The notes: generated by a model not told the origin, from the sequence alone. 64,000 bases of DNA from Geopsychrobacteraceae bacterium (GCA_963676795.2 CAXXTB010000001.1:1088001-1152000), one strand, 5' to 3'; positions 20,908-31,232 are shown, counted from the first letter of the stretch. Program-made: numbers and translations.

Positions 20908-21996
20908 ATGGCAGAAAAGGTTTACAATTTTGGTGCAGGCCCGGCAATGCTGCCGGAACCGGTCATGCGCAAGATTCAGCAGGAGTGGCTCGATTATCAG
21001 GGGATGGGGGTCTCTATTATTGAGATCAGCCACCGTTCCAAAGAGTTTGGGCTGGTTCTCGAACAAACCAAGGCATTGTTCCGTGAACTGTCCGGCCTGC
21101 CGGATAATTATCAGATCCTGTTTATCCATGGTGGGGCAAGGATGCAGTTCTCGGCGTTGCCGATGAACTTTGCCGGTCGCTCCGAGTCACGCAAGTGTCT
21201 CTATATCGAGAGCGGAAATTTTGCCAAGGTTGCCGCCAAAGATGCGCAGGAGCTGTGTCAGGTCAAGACGATCGCCAGCAGCGCGGCGACCGGTTATGAC
21301 CGGGTGCCCGAAGTTCCGTTGGAGCTGATCGACCAGGATGCGGCCTATCTGCACCTGACCGGTAACAACACGCTCTATGGGACGCGCTGGAATCGCTTCC
21401 CGGATGGCGGAAAGGTTCCGCTGGTCGCGGATATGACCTCGGAGCTGTTGTCGCGTGAGATTGATTACAATCAGTTCGGGGTTGTTTATGCCGGTCTGCA
21501 GAAGAATCTTGGCCCGTCGGGAATGGCCATGGTCATTGTTCGTGATGACCTGCTCGGTTGTGCCGACAAGCAGACGCCGATATTGCTCAACTACACTCAG
21601 GCCGCCAAGGATGATTCCCTGACCAATACCACCAATACCTTTGCAATTTATGCCATCAAGCTGGTTCTGGAATGGCTGAAGGAGCAGGGGGGCGTCTCTG
21701 CCATCGAGAAGATCAATGAGCAGAAGGCCGCACGGCTTTACGATGTTATTGACGCCAGTGATTTTTATCAGGCGGTGGCTCATCCAGGCCATCGCTCAAT
21801 TATGAATGTTACCTTCCGCCTGAAGAGCGAGGAACTGGAGAAGAAGTTCCTGGCTGAGGCCGAGGCCAGCGGGCTGTATGCTCTGCCGGGGCATCGCAGC
21901 GTCGGCGGGGTCCGGGCCTCGATCTACAACCCGATGCCGATGGCTGGTGTCGAAAAATTGGCTTCCTTCATGCGTGATTTCGAAGCGAAAAACTGA
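20908..21996 (+). CDS. serC: Phosphoserine aminotransferase
   Basis: YNFGAGPAMLP, EISHRS, YAGLQKNLGPSG (PLP lysine), GHRSVGGVRASIYN. Confidence 0.96.
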   Translation: MAEKVYNFGAGPAMLPEPVMRKIQQEWLDYQGMGVSIIEISHRSKEFGLVLEQTKALFRELSGLPDNYQILFIHGGARMQFSALPMNFAGRSESRKCLYIESGNFAKVAAKDAQELCQVKTIASSAATGYDRVPEVPLELIDQDAAYLHLTGNNTLYGTRWNRFPDGGKVPLVADMTSELLSREIDYNQFGVVYAGLQKNLGPSGMAMVIVRDDLLGCADKQTPILLNYTQAAKDDSLTNTTNTFAIYAIKLVLEWLKEQGGVSAIEKINEQKAARLYDVIDASDFYQAVAHPGHRSIMNVTFRLKSEELEKKFLAEAEASGLYALPGHRSVGGVRASIYNPMPMAGVEKLASFMRDFEAKN

Positions 21997-22016
21997 GATT
22001 TGTCGGAAAAGTTAAC

Positions 22017-22052
22017 AAAAAAAGCTGAGAAGGTTGATTCTCAGCTTTTTTT
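22017..22052. terminator. Bidirectional terminator between serC and the PilZ gene
   Basis: AAAAAAAGCTGAGAA-loop-TTCTCAGCTTTTTTT. Confidence 0.8.
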
Positions 22053-22062
22053 GTCAGTGTGG

Positions 22063-22443
22063 TCAGCTGGCAATTTTAAGCGGTGCAACGGTGAATCTGG
22101 CGATGAAGTCTTCAAGCTTCTGCAGTTTTTCTTGATCAAGCTCGCTGAAGCTGACACTGCCACGCCGCACCGGAACCAGGCTGTCCTGCAGTCGATAGTC
22201 GGAAACCGCTTTGATCGGGATGTCTTCGACAATCAGTTCGGCTTCATGGTAAAGGCTGATCTGGTCAATTTCGGAACGTTTGAGCTTTTGGCCAAGATAG
22301 CGGAAGGATAAACCACCAAGGCTGATATCGATGATGTGGTAAGGAAGAGTGTCCGGGCCACGATTGACCAAAACCAAAGCACGGTCGGCGGCCTTGAAAC
22401 GCTGATGGCTGCGTACAGGACTGTACAGGGGCTGGCTTTTCAT
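22063..22443 (-). CDS. PilZ-domain protein (putative c-di-GMP receptor)
   Basis: RSHQR (RxxxR) and DISLGG (D/NxSxxG) motifs; GGAGG RBS. Confidence 0.82.
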   Translation of the reverse strand: MKSQPLYSPVRSHQRFKAADRALVLVNRGPDTLPYHIIDISLGGLSFRYLGQKLKRSEIDQISLYHEAELIVEDIPIKAVSDYRLQDSLVPVRRGSVSFSELDQEKLQKLEDFIARFTVAPLKIAS

Positions 22444-22541
22444 TTGGACCTCCTTGGGCTGCTCAGCGGCTACGCGAGGGGGGCGTAGGATTAAATGTTA
22501 CTGTTATGCTGTGGTTTATTCTGTCATGTTGCCCATATTGA

Positions 22542-22557
22542 TGCAATCAATATGCCG
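22542..22557 (-). promoter_or_regulatory. Sigma54 (-24/-12) promoter of the PilZ gene
   Basis: Minus strand CGGCATATTGATTGCA, matching GG-N10-GC. Confidence 0.65.
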
Positions 22558-22735
22558 TTAGATATCTATTAATTTTTGCCACTCCTTAATGTGAGACTAG
22601 CAACAAATTGATATGAATAAATGTTTGGTCTTGATGTTTGCTGTTTGCGGATTGTATCTGGCCCTGTTTCGATTATGTTAAATCTTATGAGGGTGTCGAA
22701 TAAGTCGAAACTGTCGGTTTTTTTGACATAAATCT

Positions 22736-23665
22736 ATGATGAGACTGCGCTATCCATATTTTTTCTATCTGCTCTTTGGGCTGGCCAGCTGCTGCGCCGT
22801 TTTGCTCTTCGTCGGCGGGCCGGGCGGAGATTCCGGACGGGTTTTCGGCTCTGTCTGGGAGCTGGGGCATATCGTCTGTTTCGGGCTCTGGGCATTTCTC
22901 TATGCCTATTGGCGCAAGGACAGTCGATTCCTTCCTCTGTTGATTGTCGCCCTGCTTTTTACCTTTCTGATCGGTGGTGCTGTTGAGCTGATCCAGACTC
23001 AGATCGGCAGGGATGGTGACTGGCTCGATCTTTGTCATGACCTGATCGGGGCTCTGGTGGGGATTCTGGTCTACTGCTGGGGCTGGCAGAACACAGCCAG
23101 GCGTACCCTTGTTCTGTTTTCAGCCGTTGCTCTCGGACTGCTGGTCTGGAGTTTCGTTCCGTTAGCAAGGGTGGTTTACGACGAGTCTGTCGAATGGCGT
23201 CAGTTCCCGCTGCTCTGCGGATTTGAGACACCGCTGGAAATAACTCGCTGGAGTGGCAGCGCTGTCCGTTCAGTTGACACCGGGGTCGCCTTCAGTGGCA
23301 CCCGTTCCATGCGCGTCGAATTGTCCACCCAGCGTTATTCGGGGCTGGGGCTTGGGGATTTCAGCCGCAGCTGGGAGGGGTTCCGCTATGTTGAATTACA
23401 GGTCTATAATCCTGAAAAGGAGCAGTTGCTCCTGTATTTCAGGATTCACGACCGGCAGCATGACAATGCCTATACGGACCGCTATAATAGCAGCTTCAGT
23501 CTGCATCAAGGCTGGAACCAGCTCATGGTGCCACTTGCCGCTGTGCGCCAGGCACCGCGCAGCAGGGAGCTCGACTTGAATGAGGTGGCCGGGCTCGGTA
23601 TCTTTGTCGGCAAACTTGAACGTTCCAGAGTGATTTATATCGATGATGTCCGCCTGCTTCCTTGA
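22736..23665 (+). CDS. VanZ-like membrane protein with soluble C-terminal beta-rich domain
   Basis: GH...F, ELIQTQIGRDGDWLD motif in a hydrophobic N-terminal half; C-terminal LHQGWNQL...IYIDDVRL resembles carbohydrate-binding-like folds (inference). Confidence 0.65.
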   Translation: MMRLRYPYFFYLLFGLASCCAVLLFVGGPGGDSGRVFGSVWELGHIVCFGLWAFLYAYWRKDSRFLPLLIVALLFTFLIGGAVELIQTQIGRDGDWLDLCHDLIGALVGILVYCWGWQNTARRTLVLFSAVALGLLVWSFVPLARVVYDESVEWRQFPLLCGFETPLEITRWSGSAVRSVDTGVAFSGTRSMRVELSTQRYSGLGLGDFSRSWEGFRYVELQVYNPEKEQLLLYFRIHDRQHDNAYTDRYNSSFSLHQGWNQLMVPLAAVRQAPRSRELDLNEVAGLGIFVGKLERSRVIYIDDVRLLP

Positions 23666-23775
23666 ATTTTATGCAAGCTTTTTTCGAAGATTGACATTGG
23701 CGGAATATCCGCCTAAAATCCGCCTTTTTCACGCATTTTGTTCATCGCAGATCTACGACGATAGAAAGGTCGAGT

Positions 23776-25368
23776 ATGAAAGTCTTAATTACCGACGAAA
23801 TTTCCGATAACGGGCTTGCCCCTCTGCTTGAAGATCCGCGGATTACTATTGATCGCAAGCTCGGTCTGTCGACTGAGGAGCTGCATCAGGTTATCGGCGA
23901 ATATGAAGCGATCATTACCCGTAGTGGGACCAATGTCGATCAGGCCCTGCTTGATCATGCCCACAGTCTGAAGATTGTTGCCCGTGCCGGAGTCGGTATC
24001 GACAATGTCGATGTCGACGCAGCCAGCAGCAAGGGGATCATCGTTGTCAACGCACCATACGGCAACGTCAATTCAGCTGCTGAGCACACCATGGCTATTC
24101 TGCTGTCGATGTGCCGCAATGTTCCGGTGGCCAACGCCAGCCTCAAGGGCGGTGACTGGAAACGCGCTCCTTTTACAGGTCGTGAGTTGAAAGGCAAAAC
24201 AGTCGGAATTATCGGGCTGGGTAAGGTCGGTGGCCGGGTTGCAACCCGCTGTCGGGCTTTCGAGGCGGAGGTCATCACCTACGATCCCTATATTTCCGAG
24301 AAACGTGCCGACGATTTCGGCGTCAAGCTGGTTCCGCTTGAAGACATCATTCGTTTTTCCGACATCATTACCGTGCATACCCCGCTCAACGATGAGACCC
24401 GTAATATGATTACAGCGGAGCACTTCGAGGGGATGAAGGACGGCGTGCTGATCGTCAACTGTGCACGTGGCGGTATCATCAACGAAGCAGACATGCTGGC
24501 AGCCCTTGACAGTGGCAAGTGCGCTGCTGCAGCGTTCGATGTCTGGAGCGAGGAGCCGCCAAAGAGCGAGACTCTGAAGAAGCTGATCGCGCATCCGAAC
24601 ATGCTGGTCACTCCGCACCTGGGCGCCAATACCTTTGAAGCGCAGAAGAATGTTGCGGTTGACGTCAGCAAGGAGCTGGTCAACTATCTTGACGGCCGTC
24701 CGCTCGAAGCTGCTGTCAATATCCCGCGTTTCGATCCGGACCTGATGGAGCACATGAAGCCGTTCATGAAGCTGGTTTCGATCCTGGGCAATTTTATCTC
24801 CCAGCTGGCTCCGCCGAACCCGAATAAGGTCACCTTTACCTACAACGGCAAGCTGGCCCGTTTTGACTGCGCTCCGCTGAGCGTCTGCGGCCTGGCGGCA
24901 CTGCTCAACCACTGCACCGAGCAGGAAGTCAACCTGGTCAATGCGACCCTGATTGCCCGCGACATGGGGATTGACTACGAGTCGATCCGTTCGACGGAAA
25001 CCGAATCCTTCTCCAATCTGATCACCATCTCGCTGGAGAGCCCGGAAGGGAAGCGGACCATCGCCGGGACCCTGTTCGAGGGAATGCCGCGGATTGTCAA
25101 GATGCGCAACTTCCCGATCGATTTCCAGCCGGAAGAGCATATGCTGGTTGTCAACTACGAAGATCGTCCGGGACTGATCGGCAAGATCGGTACCATCCTC
25201 GGTGAGGCGGGTGTCAACATCGGCAACATGAATCTCGGCCGGACTGAAAAGGCCGGTGAGGCGATGGTCGTTCTGTCTGTCGATTCGCTGGTGTCCGAAG
25301 AAATCCTGAACAAGGTCAGTGACGCTGTTGCTGCGCGCTTCATCAAGGCGGTGCATGTACAGGGCTGA
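23776..25368 (+). CDS. serA: D-3-phosphoglycerate dehydrogenase (long form with ACT domain)
   Basis: RAGVGIDNVD, GLGKVG, NCARGG, TPHLGA; C-terminal DRPGLIGKIG ACT domain. Confidence 0.96.
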   Translation: MKVLITDEISDNGLAPLLEDPRITIDRKLGLSTEELHQVIGEYEAIITRSGTNVDQALLDHAHSLKIVARAGVGIDNVDVDAASSKGIIVVNAPYGNVNSAAEHTMAILLSMCRNVPVANASLKGGDWKRAPFTGRELKGKTVGIIGLGKVGGRVATRCRAFEAEVITYDPYISEKRADDFGVKLVPLEDIIRFSDIITVHTPLNDETRNMITAEHFEGMKDGVLIVNCARGGIINEADMLAALDSGKCAAAAFDVWSEEPPKSETLKKLIAHPNMLVTPHLGANTFEAQKNVAVDVSKELVNYLDGRPLEAAVNIPRFDPDLMEHMKPFMKLVSILGNFISQLAPPNPNKVTFTYNGKLARFDCAPLSVCGLAALLNHCTEQEVNLVNATLIARDMGIDYESIRSTETESFSNLITISLESPEGKRTIAGTLFEGMPRIVKMRNFPIDFQPEEHMLVVNYEDRPGLIGKIGTILGEAGVNIGNMNLGRTEKAGEAMVVLSVDSLVSEEILNKVSDAVAARFIKAVHVQG

Positions 25369-25391
25369 AGTTTAAGCTCCTGAATGATAAG

Positions 25392-25419
25392 AAGGCGGTC
25401 AGCGATGACCGCCTTTTTT
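25392..25419. terminator. Terminator between convergent serA and mqnD
   Basis: AAGGCGGTCA-loop-TGACCGCCTTTTTTT. Confidence 0.8.
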
Positions 25420-26252
25420 TATGCGCAGAACAGGGGCTGAGATGAGGGCGGAATCAGGCCGCGCTGCTCGGCCCTGAGTAGTAAGGTCTCGACCGCAGCA
25501 ATCCCCTGCGGGCCGAGGTCGAGAGAGAAATCGTTGACGTAGAGGCCGATGTGGCTGTTGATGACGCTGGTCTCCAGCTCCTGGGCATGGGCTCTGATGT
25601 AATCTGCAGTTTTCAGGGGATTACGCCGGGCATAGATCAGACTCTGACGTATCGCTTCTTCAATGGCAAGGATCAGCGTCTTGCCGAGGCTGCGTCTGGC
25701 CAGTATTCCGCCGAGCGGAATCGGGCAACCGGTTTCCGTTTCCCACCATTCGCCGAGATCCTGGACCTTGGAAAAGCCATGCTGCTGGTAGGTGAAGCGG
25801 GATTCGTGGATAATGACCCCGGCGTCGACATTCCCCTGCTTGAGTGCCGGCATGATCTGGTCAAAAGGCATAATCTGGGTTTCCTCATAGCCTTCACCAT
25901 AGAGTTGCAGGAGCAGGTTAGCCGTTGTCAACTGACCGGGAATAGCAATTTTTTTACCACGCAACCTGGCCATATCGGTGTCTTCTCTGGCGATGACCAG
26001 CGGGCCGCAGTTTCGGCCTAACGCCCCTCCACTACGCAGCAGGACATAGTCATCGCGCAGGTGGCCAAATGCGTGATAGGAGATTTTGGTCAGGTCGAGA
26101 GCACAGTTCAGGGCCAGTTGGTTGAGGGTTTCGACATCTTCCAGGCGTTCTTTGATGCTGACCCCGGGGCAGGGGATGAGGCCATGCACCAGGGCGTAAA
26201 AGATGAAGGTGTCGTTCGGACAGGGGGAGTATCCAAGGGAAAGTTTCTGCAT
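25419..26252 (-). CDS. mqnD: 1,4-dihydroxy-6-naphthoate synthase (futalosine pathway)
   Basis: SPCPNDTFIF, DVETLN, GALGRNCGPL, IIHESRFTY, LYVN motifs. Confidence 0.93.
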   Translation of the reverse strand: MQKLSLGYSPCPNDTFIFYALVHGLIPCPGVSIKERLEDVETLNQLALNCALDLTKISYHAFGHLRDDYVLLRSGGALGRNCGPLVIAREDTDMARLRGKKIAIPGQLTTANLLLQLYGEGYEETQIMPFDQIMPALKQGNVDAGVIIHESRFTYQQHGFSKVQDLGEWWETETGCPIPLGGILARRSLGKTLILAIEEAIRQSLIYARRNPLKTADYIRAHAQELETSVINSHIGLYVNDFSLDLGPQGIAAVETLLLRAEQRGLIPPSSQPLFCA

Positions 26253-26255
26253 TTT

Positions 26256-26972
26256 TTACCTGCTGATAGGCGGCCATTCCTGAAGCAGTTTCAGGAGAGC
26301 CTGTTGGGCGCTCTCCGCGCCAAGTTTGAGGTCCCACTGGCTGCTGTCTCGGGTTCCGGTCGGGTTCGATATGCCGCGCAGTTCAAGCATGGGGATGTTG
26401 AAGAGCTGGCACAGCTTAGCGACCGCCGCACCTTCCATGTTTTCACAGATTCCGCCGGTCCGGGCTTGCAGCTGCTCGCTGAGGGCAGTATTGCCGCTGC
26501 AGCAATTAACCGTAACGAAGGGGCCGCATTTGGCCTGTGGCAGGGCTGTCTTTGCCCAGTCCAGCAGTACGCTGCTGAGTTCGATGGTCGGTTCTGTTGG
26601 TGGGCAGAACTCCGGGCGCTGGGGGATCCCCATCTCTGTAAGCGGTATGAATTCTTCTGTGGTCTGGCTGCCCAGGTCGCCAAAGGTTTCACTGCTGGCC
26701 AGGGCGATATCTCCCTGGTGCAGGTCGGAGCCCGGGTAGGCGCCGCCGCAGCCGAACAGGATCAGCTTGCGGATCGGCCAGTGTGAGAGCAGGCGCGTAG
26801 CCTGGATTGCCATCGTCGCAGTTCCGATGCCGCCGTGGGCAAGCAGCAGCTTGTTGCCGCCGGTATAGCCTTCAAAGGTCAGGTAGGGAAAGGTCTCGGC
26901 GATGTCGCTGCTCTGAAGCTGCCGGCGGATGAGACCTGTCTCCAATGGTGCGGCGGCGAGAAGGAGGATCAT
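26256..26972 (-). CDS. mqnB: Futalosine hydrolase
   Basis: PNP/MTAN-fold motifs GCGGAY, CENMEGAAVA, ELRGISN..G.RD...W; adjacent to mqnD. Confidence 0.88.
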   Translation of the reverse strand: MILLLAAAPLETGLIRRQLQSSDIAETFPYLTFEGYTGGNKLLLAHGGIGTATMAIQATRLLSHWPIRKLILFGCGGAYPGSDLHQGDIALASSETFGDLGSQTTEEFIPLTEMGIPQRPEFCPPTEPTIELSSVLLDWAKTALPQAKCGPFVTVNCCSGNTALSEQLQARTGGICENMEGAAVAKLCQLFNIPMLELRGISNPTGTRDSSQWDLKLGAESAQQALLKLLQEWPPISR

Positions 26973-26975
26973 CGG

Positions 26976-28067
26976 CTAGCGGTTGAACCAGCCGTGGCGG
27001 ATCAGGTCGCGGCGCAGTTCTGTCCCCTGGTTTTTGATGATCCCCTGGTACCAGAAGCGCTCGTTTTGCAGCTGCATCTCCCCGGCGGGATCCAGACGTT
27101 TGCTATTGTCCGTCAGGATGCGTTGAAAATCGCTGTCCGCCTCAAGAACAATATTGCGGATCTTGTCGGAAAGGGGGTCAGGCGCCGCTTCAATGACCAG
27201 TTGAATGGCATCGCGTATTTTCAGGCCCTGTCGATATTCCCAGAGGTCGCCATCAAAGCCGTCTTCGCACTCGTTGACAAAATCGCTCCAGTCGAGCAGC
27301 AGTCCGCCGAATTCAAAATTAGCCAGCTCGTGATCAGGAATCTTTGCCTGAACCAGCTCGCTGATCTGTTCCTGTTCTTTTCTGGTCAGGAAAAATGAAA
27401 GCCCTTCTTCAACTTCATACATGTCGAGCATGTCGACAAGGTCGCTGCAGAACTGCGCTGAGTCGAGGTCGCTGGTTGAGAAGCGTTTCAGGTCTGCCGG
27501 GAGTTGCTTTTTGGGCAGCCCGAGCAGGGCCACATGATCATGACCGAAATCTGCTGAGAGGATCAGCGGTGAACGGTGGGTAATTCTGTGTTTGTGCAGA
27601 AATGTACTGAGACGCAGGTGGTTATCGGTAAAAAATGTCAGCACTTTTTCTTCCGAGCAGAAGAATTCAAGCCCTTTGCGGTTGTTCGCCAGGCCGAAGC
27701 CGACAAAGCCGTCGTGAACCATACGGCTCAGATAGGGAGCGATGGTTCTGAGGATCAACTCGGTCGGTAGATAAGGCGAATAGAAGACGCAGGGAGCAGG
27801 TCGTTCGGTAGATCCGCTGGGGCGCAATAGCAGGGATTCATCTGGATAGAATTCCAGGATGAAGAACGCTTCCTCCGGGAGGTGGGTCGCGAAGTCGCTG
27901 AAAATTGTCCCGATCTTTGACGCTGTTGCAGCCACGGTGAAGCGGTAGGCATTATCGCAATCGTCCAGCAGGCTGAACTCAAACCCTTCGGCCTGGTGCA
28001 AAGCTCCAGCTCCTGAATGGTTCCAGCGGCGCAGGCCGACAGGGAGCTCGAAATGATTGATCTGCAT
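26976..28067 (-). CDS. Hypothetical protein co-oriented with mqnB-mqnD
   Basis: Long ORF ending 3 bp before mqnB; likely start MQINHF at 28067 after AAGGA; no recognised motif. Confidence 0.7.
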   Translation of the reverse strand: MQINHFELPVGLRRWNHSGAGALHQAEGFEFSLLDDCDNAYRFTVAATASKIGTIFSDFATHLPEEAFFILEFYPDESLLLRPSGSTERPAPCVFYSPYLPTELILRTIAPYLSRMVHDGFVGFGLANNRKGLEFFCSEEKVLTFFTDNHLRLSTFLHKHRITHRSPLILSADFGHDHVALLGLPKKQLPADLKRFSTSDLDSAQFCSDLVDMLDMYEVEEGLSFFLTRKEQEQISELVQAKIPDHELANFEFGGLLLDWSDFVNECEDGFDGDLWEYRQGLKIRDAIQLVIEAAPDPLSDKIRNIVLEADSDFQRILTDNSKRLDPAGEMQLQNERFWYQGIIKNQGTELRRDLIRHGWFNR

Positions 28068-28341
28068 CGTGTTCAATTGTCCTTGGTGTTGAAACGGGTT
28101 GAAACGCCAGTGAGGCCGGCGGTTGGCAGCCATCATATCATAATTGGCTTGGACGTGGTTCATTTCTGGCAATTCAGGAATGAGAAATTGACTGACCAAC
28201 CGGCGTTACAATAGGATGAAATATACATTTTTTTGAAGATGAAGAAAATTTAAAAATTTATGATTAGGTCCTTGATATGAGACTTTTTAAATGATATACA
28301 AAGTTGTCTAATTCCAATTAAATCAATAAAGGAGCCCGTCT

Positions 28342-28836
28342 ATGCTTGGCCCCCAATCCTCTTTAGTGATGTACGATGAGGAATACCAGAGAATACTGGT
28401 GTTGCTGGAAAAACTTCTTCGTGAAGCGAACTCGAAAGTTGTTTTTCTGGTCGATAAGAATGGCCAGTTAATCGCTTCCAGCGGAGAAACGGCAAATCTG
28501 GATACGACCAGTCTGGCATCATTGACCGCTGGTAATATCGCGGCAACCGGCGGATTGGCCAAGCTGATTGGTGAAAAGGAATTCTCCATCCTCTTTCACG
28601 AGGGGGAAAAGGACAATATCCACATATCGATCGTTGGTGGCCGGGTCATCCTGGTGGTCATTTTCGATCAGCGCAGTTCTCTTGGCCTGGTGCGCCTGCG
28701 GGTCAAGAAGGCCAGTATTGAGTTGGCGATGATTTTCGAAGAACTGGCATTCAAGGCGACCGAACAGGCCGGCAAAAATGTGGCAAGTCCGTTTGCGGAA
28801 ATTACTGACGACGATATCGACAACCTCTTCAACTAA
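28342..28836 (+). CDS. mglB: Roadblock/LC7 GTPase-activating protein MglB
   Basis: VFLVDKNGQLIA, SLASLTAGNIAATGGLAKLIGE, SSLGLVRLRVKK, ITDDDIDNLF. Confidence 0.95.
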   Translation: MLGPQSSLVMYDEEYQRILVLLEKLLREANSKVVFLVDKNGQLIASSGETANLDTTSLASLTAGNIAATGGLAKLIGEKEFSILFHEGEKDNIHISIVGGRVILVVIFDQRSSLGLVRLRVKKASIELAMIFEELAFKATEQAGKNVASPFAEITDDDIDNLFN

Positions 28837-28851
28837 AGCAGGGTTTGCAGG

Positions 28852-29439
28852 ATGTCCTTTATAAATTACGCATCTCGAGAAATTAACTGTAAGATTGTTT
28901 ATTACGGACCGGGTCTGTGCGGTAAGACGACCAACCTGCAATATGTCTACAACAAGACTGCTGAAGAAGCCAAGGGGAAGATGATCTCACTGGCGACTGA
29001 AACCGAGCGGACCCTGTTCTTCGATTTTCTGCCCCTTGCTCTGGGGGAGATCCGGGGGTTCAAGACCCGTTTTCATCTCTACACCGTGCCAGGGCAGGTC
29101 TTTTACGACGCGTCACGGAAGCTGATCCTCAAGGGGGTTGACGGCGTTGTTTTTGTTGCCGACTCTCAGGAAGAGCGTCTTGATGCCAACATCGAGAGCC
29201 TGGAGAATCTCAAGGACAACCTTGAAGAGCAGGGGTTTGACATTGAGAAGATTCCTTTTGTCATCCAGTATAATAAGCGAGATCTGCCTAATGTCACCTC
29301 GGTTGAAGAGTTGAGCAGTCTGTTGAATCCGCGTAAGGTGCCGGAATTGGAGGCTTGTGCCACGACCGGTGAAGGTGTTTTTGAGACGCTCAAGGCGGTT
29401 GCCAAGCTGGTTCTGAACGATCTGAAAAAAGGCGGCTGA
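28852..29439 (+). CDS. mglA: Small GTPase MglA
   Basis: [39 protein letters not shown]. Confidence 0.97.
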   Translation: MSFINYASREINCKIVYYGPGLCGKTTNLQYVYNKTAEEAKGKMISLATETERTLFFDFLPLALGEIRGFKTRFHLYTVPGQVFYDASRKLILKGVDGVVFVADSQEERLDANIESLENLKDNLEEQGFDIEKIPFVIQYNKRDLPNVTSVEELSSLLNPRKVPELEACATTGEGVFETLKAVAKLVLNDLKKGG

Positions 29440-29458
29440 AAAAAATAAGAAAAAGGTG

Positions 29459-29487
29459 TTGACAGTCGGGAGCTATTTCCATATATT
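29459..29487 (+). promoter_or_regulatory. Sigma70 promoter of tRNA-Asn copy 1
   Basis: TTGACA-N17-TATATT. Confidence 0.8.
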
Positions 29488-29505
29488 CCCTTCCCGCACC
29501 AACAT

Positions 29506-29581
29506 TCCCTCTTAGCTCAGTTGGCAGAGCATCTGACTGTTAATCAGATTGTCGCTGGTTCGAGCCCAGCAGAGGGAGCCA
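29506..29581 (+). tRNA. tRNA-Asn (GTT), copy 1
   Basis: 76 nt TCCCTCTTAGCTCAG...TCTGACTGTTAATCAGA...GGTTCGAGCCC...GAGGGAGCCA. Confidence 0.97.
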
Positions 29582-29728
29582 TAAAAATCCAGAAGCGAGT
29601 TAACCACAAGGTTGCTCGCTTTTGTTTTTCAAATCTCCTTTACGTCAGCTGTTCACCGCTCTCTGATAAAACTCACGGCGCTATTTCACCAGAATCGGCA
29701 GATTTGCAGCGAGAGTTTCGAAACATTG

Positions 29729-29757
29729 TTGACAGTTGCCGCATATTTCCCTATATT
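29729..29757 (+). promoter_or_regulatory. Sigma70 promoter of tRNA-Asn copy 2
   Basis: TTGACA-N17-TATATT. Confidence 0.8.
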
Positions 29758-29775
29758 CCGTTTCCGCACCGACAT

Positions 29776-29851
29776 TCCCTCTTAGCTCAGTTGGCAGAGC
29801 ATCTGACTGTTAATCAGATTGTCGCTGGTTCGAGCCCAGCAGAGGGAGCCA
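29776..29851 (+). tRNA. tRNA-Asn (GTT), copy 2, identical to copy 1
   Basis: Same 76-nt sequence 270 bp downstream, with its own terminator AAGCGAG...CTCGCTTTT. Confidence 0.97.
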
Positions 29852-30188
29852 TAAAAATCCAAAAGCGAGTTAACCACAAGGTTGCTCGCTTTTGTTTTTT
29901 CAGATTTCTGCTTTTCCGATCTCTGCTCCTGCGGATATTTCCCGTTTTAAATCATTTTGTTGTTGAAATTACGTAGAAAATGTTGATTGTTGGCCTTCTT
30001 TAATTTATGATGTTGATCTTGCCATAATCTGCATGTTTTTGAAGCCTCTGAGTTATCGAAGCTTGCAGGCTGTCAGTGTGGTAGTGAAACGTTCATTTCA
30101 GATCTGCATAGGGGCAGGTTTGAAACAAAAATGGTGGAGGGGAGGTTCTTGGGGGGATCCCGAGACCTATTTTTCTGAAAGGTACGTC

Positions 30189-31232
30189 ATGAGTCGAACA
30201 AAAATTTCTGCAACTCTTTCTCTCTGTCTGCTGTTATTTGTTTTTGCCTCTGCCGTATATGCCGCTCCGGTCAAATTGACTTTCAGCGGTCATCATGGGC
30301 CCAAGGATGTTCACAGTCAGTTGATCGAACAATGGATCAAGGAGGTTGAACAACGGACGAATGGGAAGGTTGATATCGAATTCTTCCCCGGCCAGTCCAA
30401 GATTTCTGCGCCACAGACCTATAATGGTGTCTCTCACGGATTTGTCGATATCGGTTTTTCGGTTATGCAGTACACCCGTGGCCGTTTCCCCCTGATGGAT
30501 TTTATCACCCTCCCACTCGGCTACAGCAATGCGAAGGCCAACACCGCTATTCTTAACGAAGTCTATGAGAAATTCCAGCCGGCTGAATTTGATAATGTTA
30601 AGGTTCTCTACCTTCATGCGCCGGGGCCAGGTTATCTCCATACCAAGGGTGCCCCGATACGGACCCTGAACGATTTCAAAGGCAAGAAAATCAGATCGAG
30701 TGGTACGACTGCCGAGATGATAGAGCTGCTCGGTGGTACCCCCGTTTCACAACCGATGCCGAAACTCTACAATGCTCTTGTCGAAGGTGTTATCCAGGGG
30801 GGGATGTGGGATTATTCGGCGAGTGTCGACTGGAAGCTGGCGGAGGCGATCGACAACGATATCGTCTGTGAGCCTATCGCCTACTCGCTCGGCTTTTTTG
30901 TCATCATGAACAAGGAAAAATGGGAAAGCCTTGACAGCGATGTCCGCAGTGTCATGGAACAACTCGGGCCGACCTGGGCGGCAAAGCATGGCGCAGCCTG
31001 GGACGAGGCCGACGAACGCGGACTGGCCTATACCAGACGTCTGGATAAGAATATCGTCAAAATCGAGGGGGCTGAGGCCGCCAAATGGCAGGAGAAGGTC
31101 AAGCCGGTGATCGATGACTACATCAACAATACCGTCAGCCGCGGCTTGCCCGGTAAAGAGGTTCTTGAATACGTCAATAAACGCCTGGCCGATGCCAGGG
31201 CAGGAAAGTTCAGAAGTAAATTTATGCAATGA
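30189..31232 (+). CDS. TRAP transporter substrate-binding protein (DctP family), paralogue 1
   Basis: Signal peptide from MSRTKIS; EVEQRTNGKV, YTRGRFPL, KGKKIRS, IMNKEKWESL. Confidence 0.9.
   Translation: MSRTKISATLSLCLLLFVFASAVYAAPVKLTFSGHHGPKDVHSQLIEQWIKEVEQRTNGKVDIEFFPGQSKISAPQTYNGVSHGFVDIGFSVMQYTRGRFPLMDFITLPLGYSNAKANTAILNEVYEKFQPAEFDNVKVLYLHAPGPGYLHTKGAPIRTLNDFKGKKIRSSGTTAEMIELLGGTPVSQPMPKLYNALVEGVIQGGMWDYSASVDWKLAEAIDNDIVCEPIAYSLGFFVIMNKEKWESLDSDVRSVMEQLGPTWAAKHGAAWDEADERGLAYTRRLDKNIVKIEGAEAAKWQEKVKPVIDDYINNTVSRGLPGKEVLEYVNKRLADARAGKFRSKFMQ

Noticed and set aside
22538..22550. FNR-box-like TTGAT...ATCAA
   Set aside because: Spacer is 3 nt rather than 4; kept only as an unassigned inverted repeat.
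29521..29976. 151-aa ORF with an internal repeat
   Set aside because: Translation of the duplicated tRNA-Asn units; not a protein.
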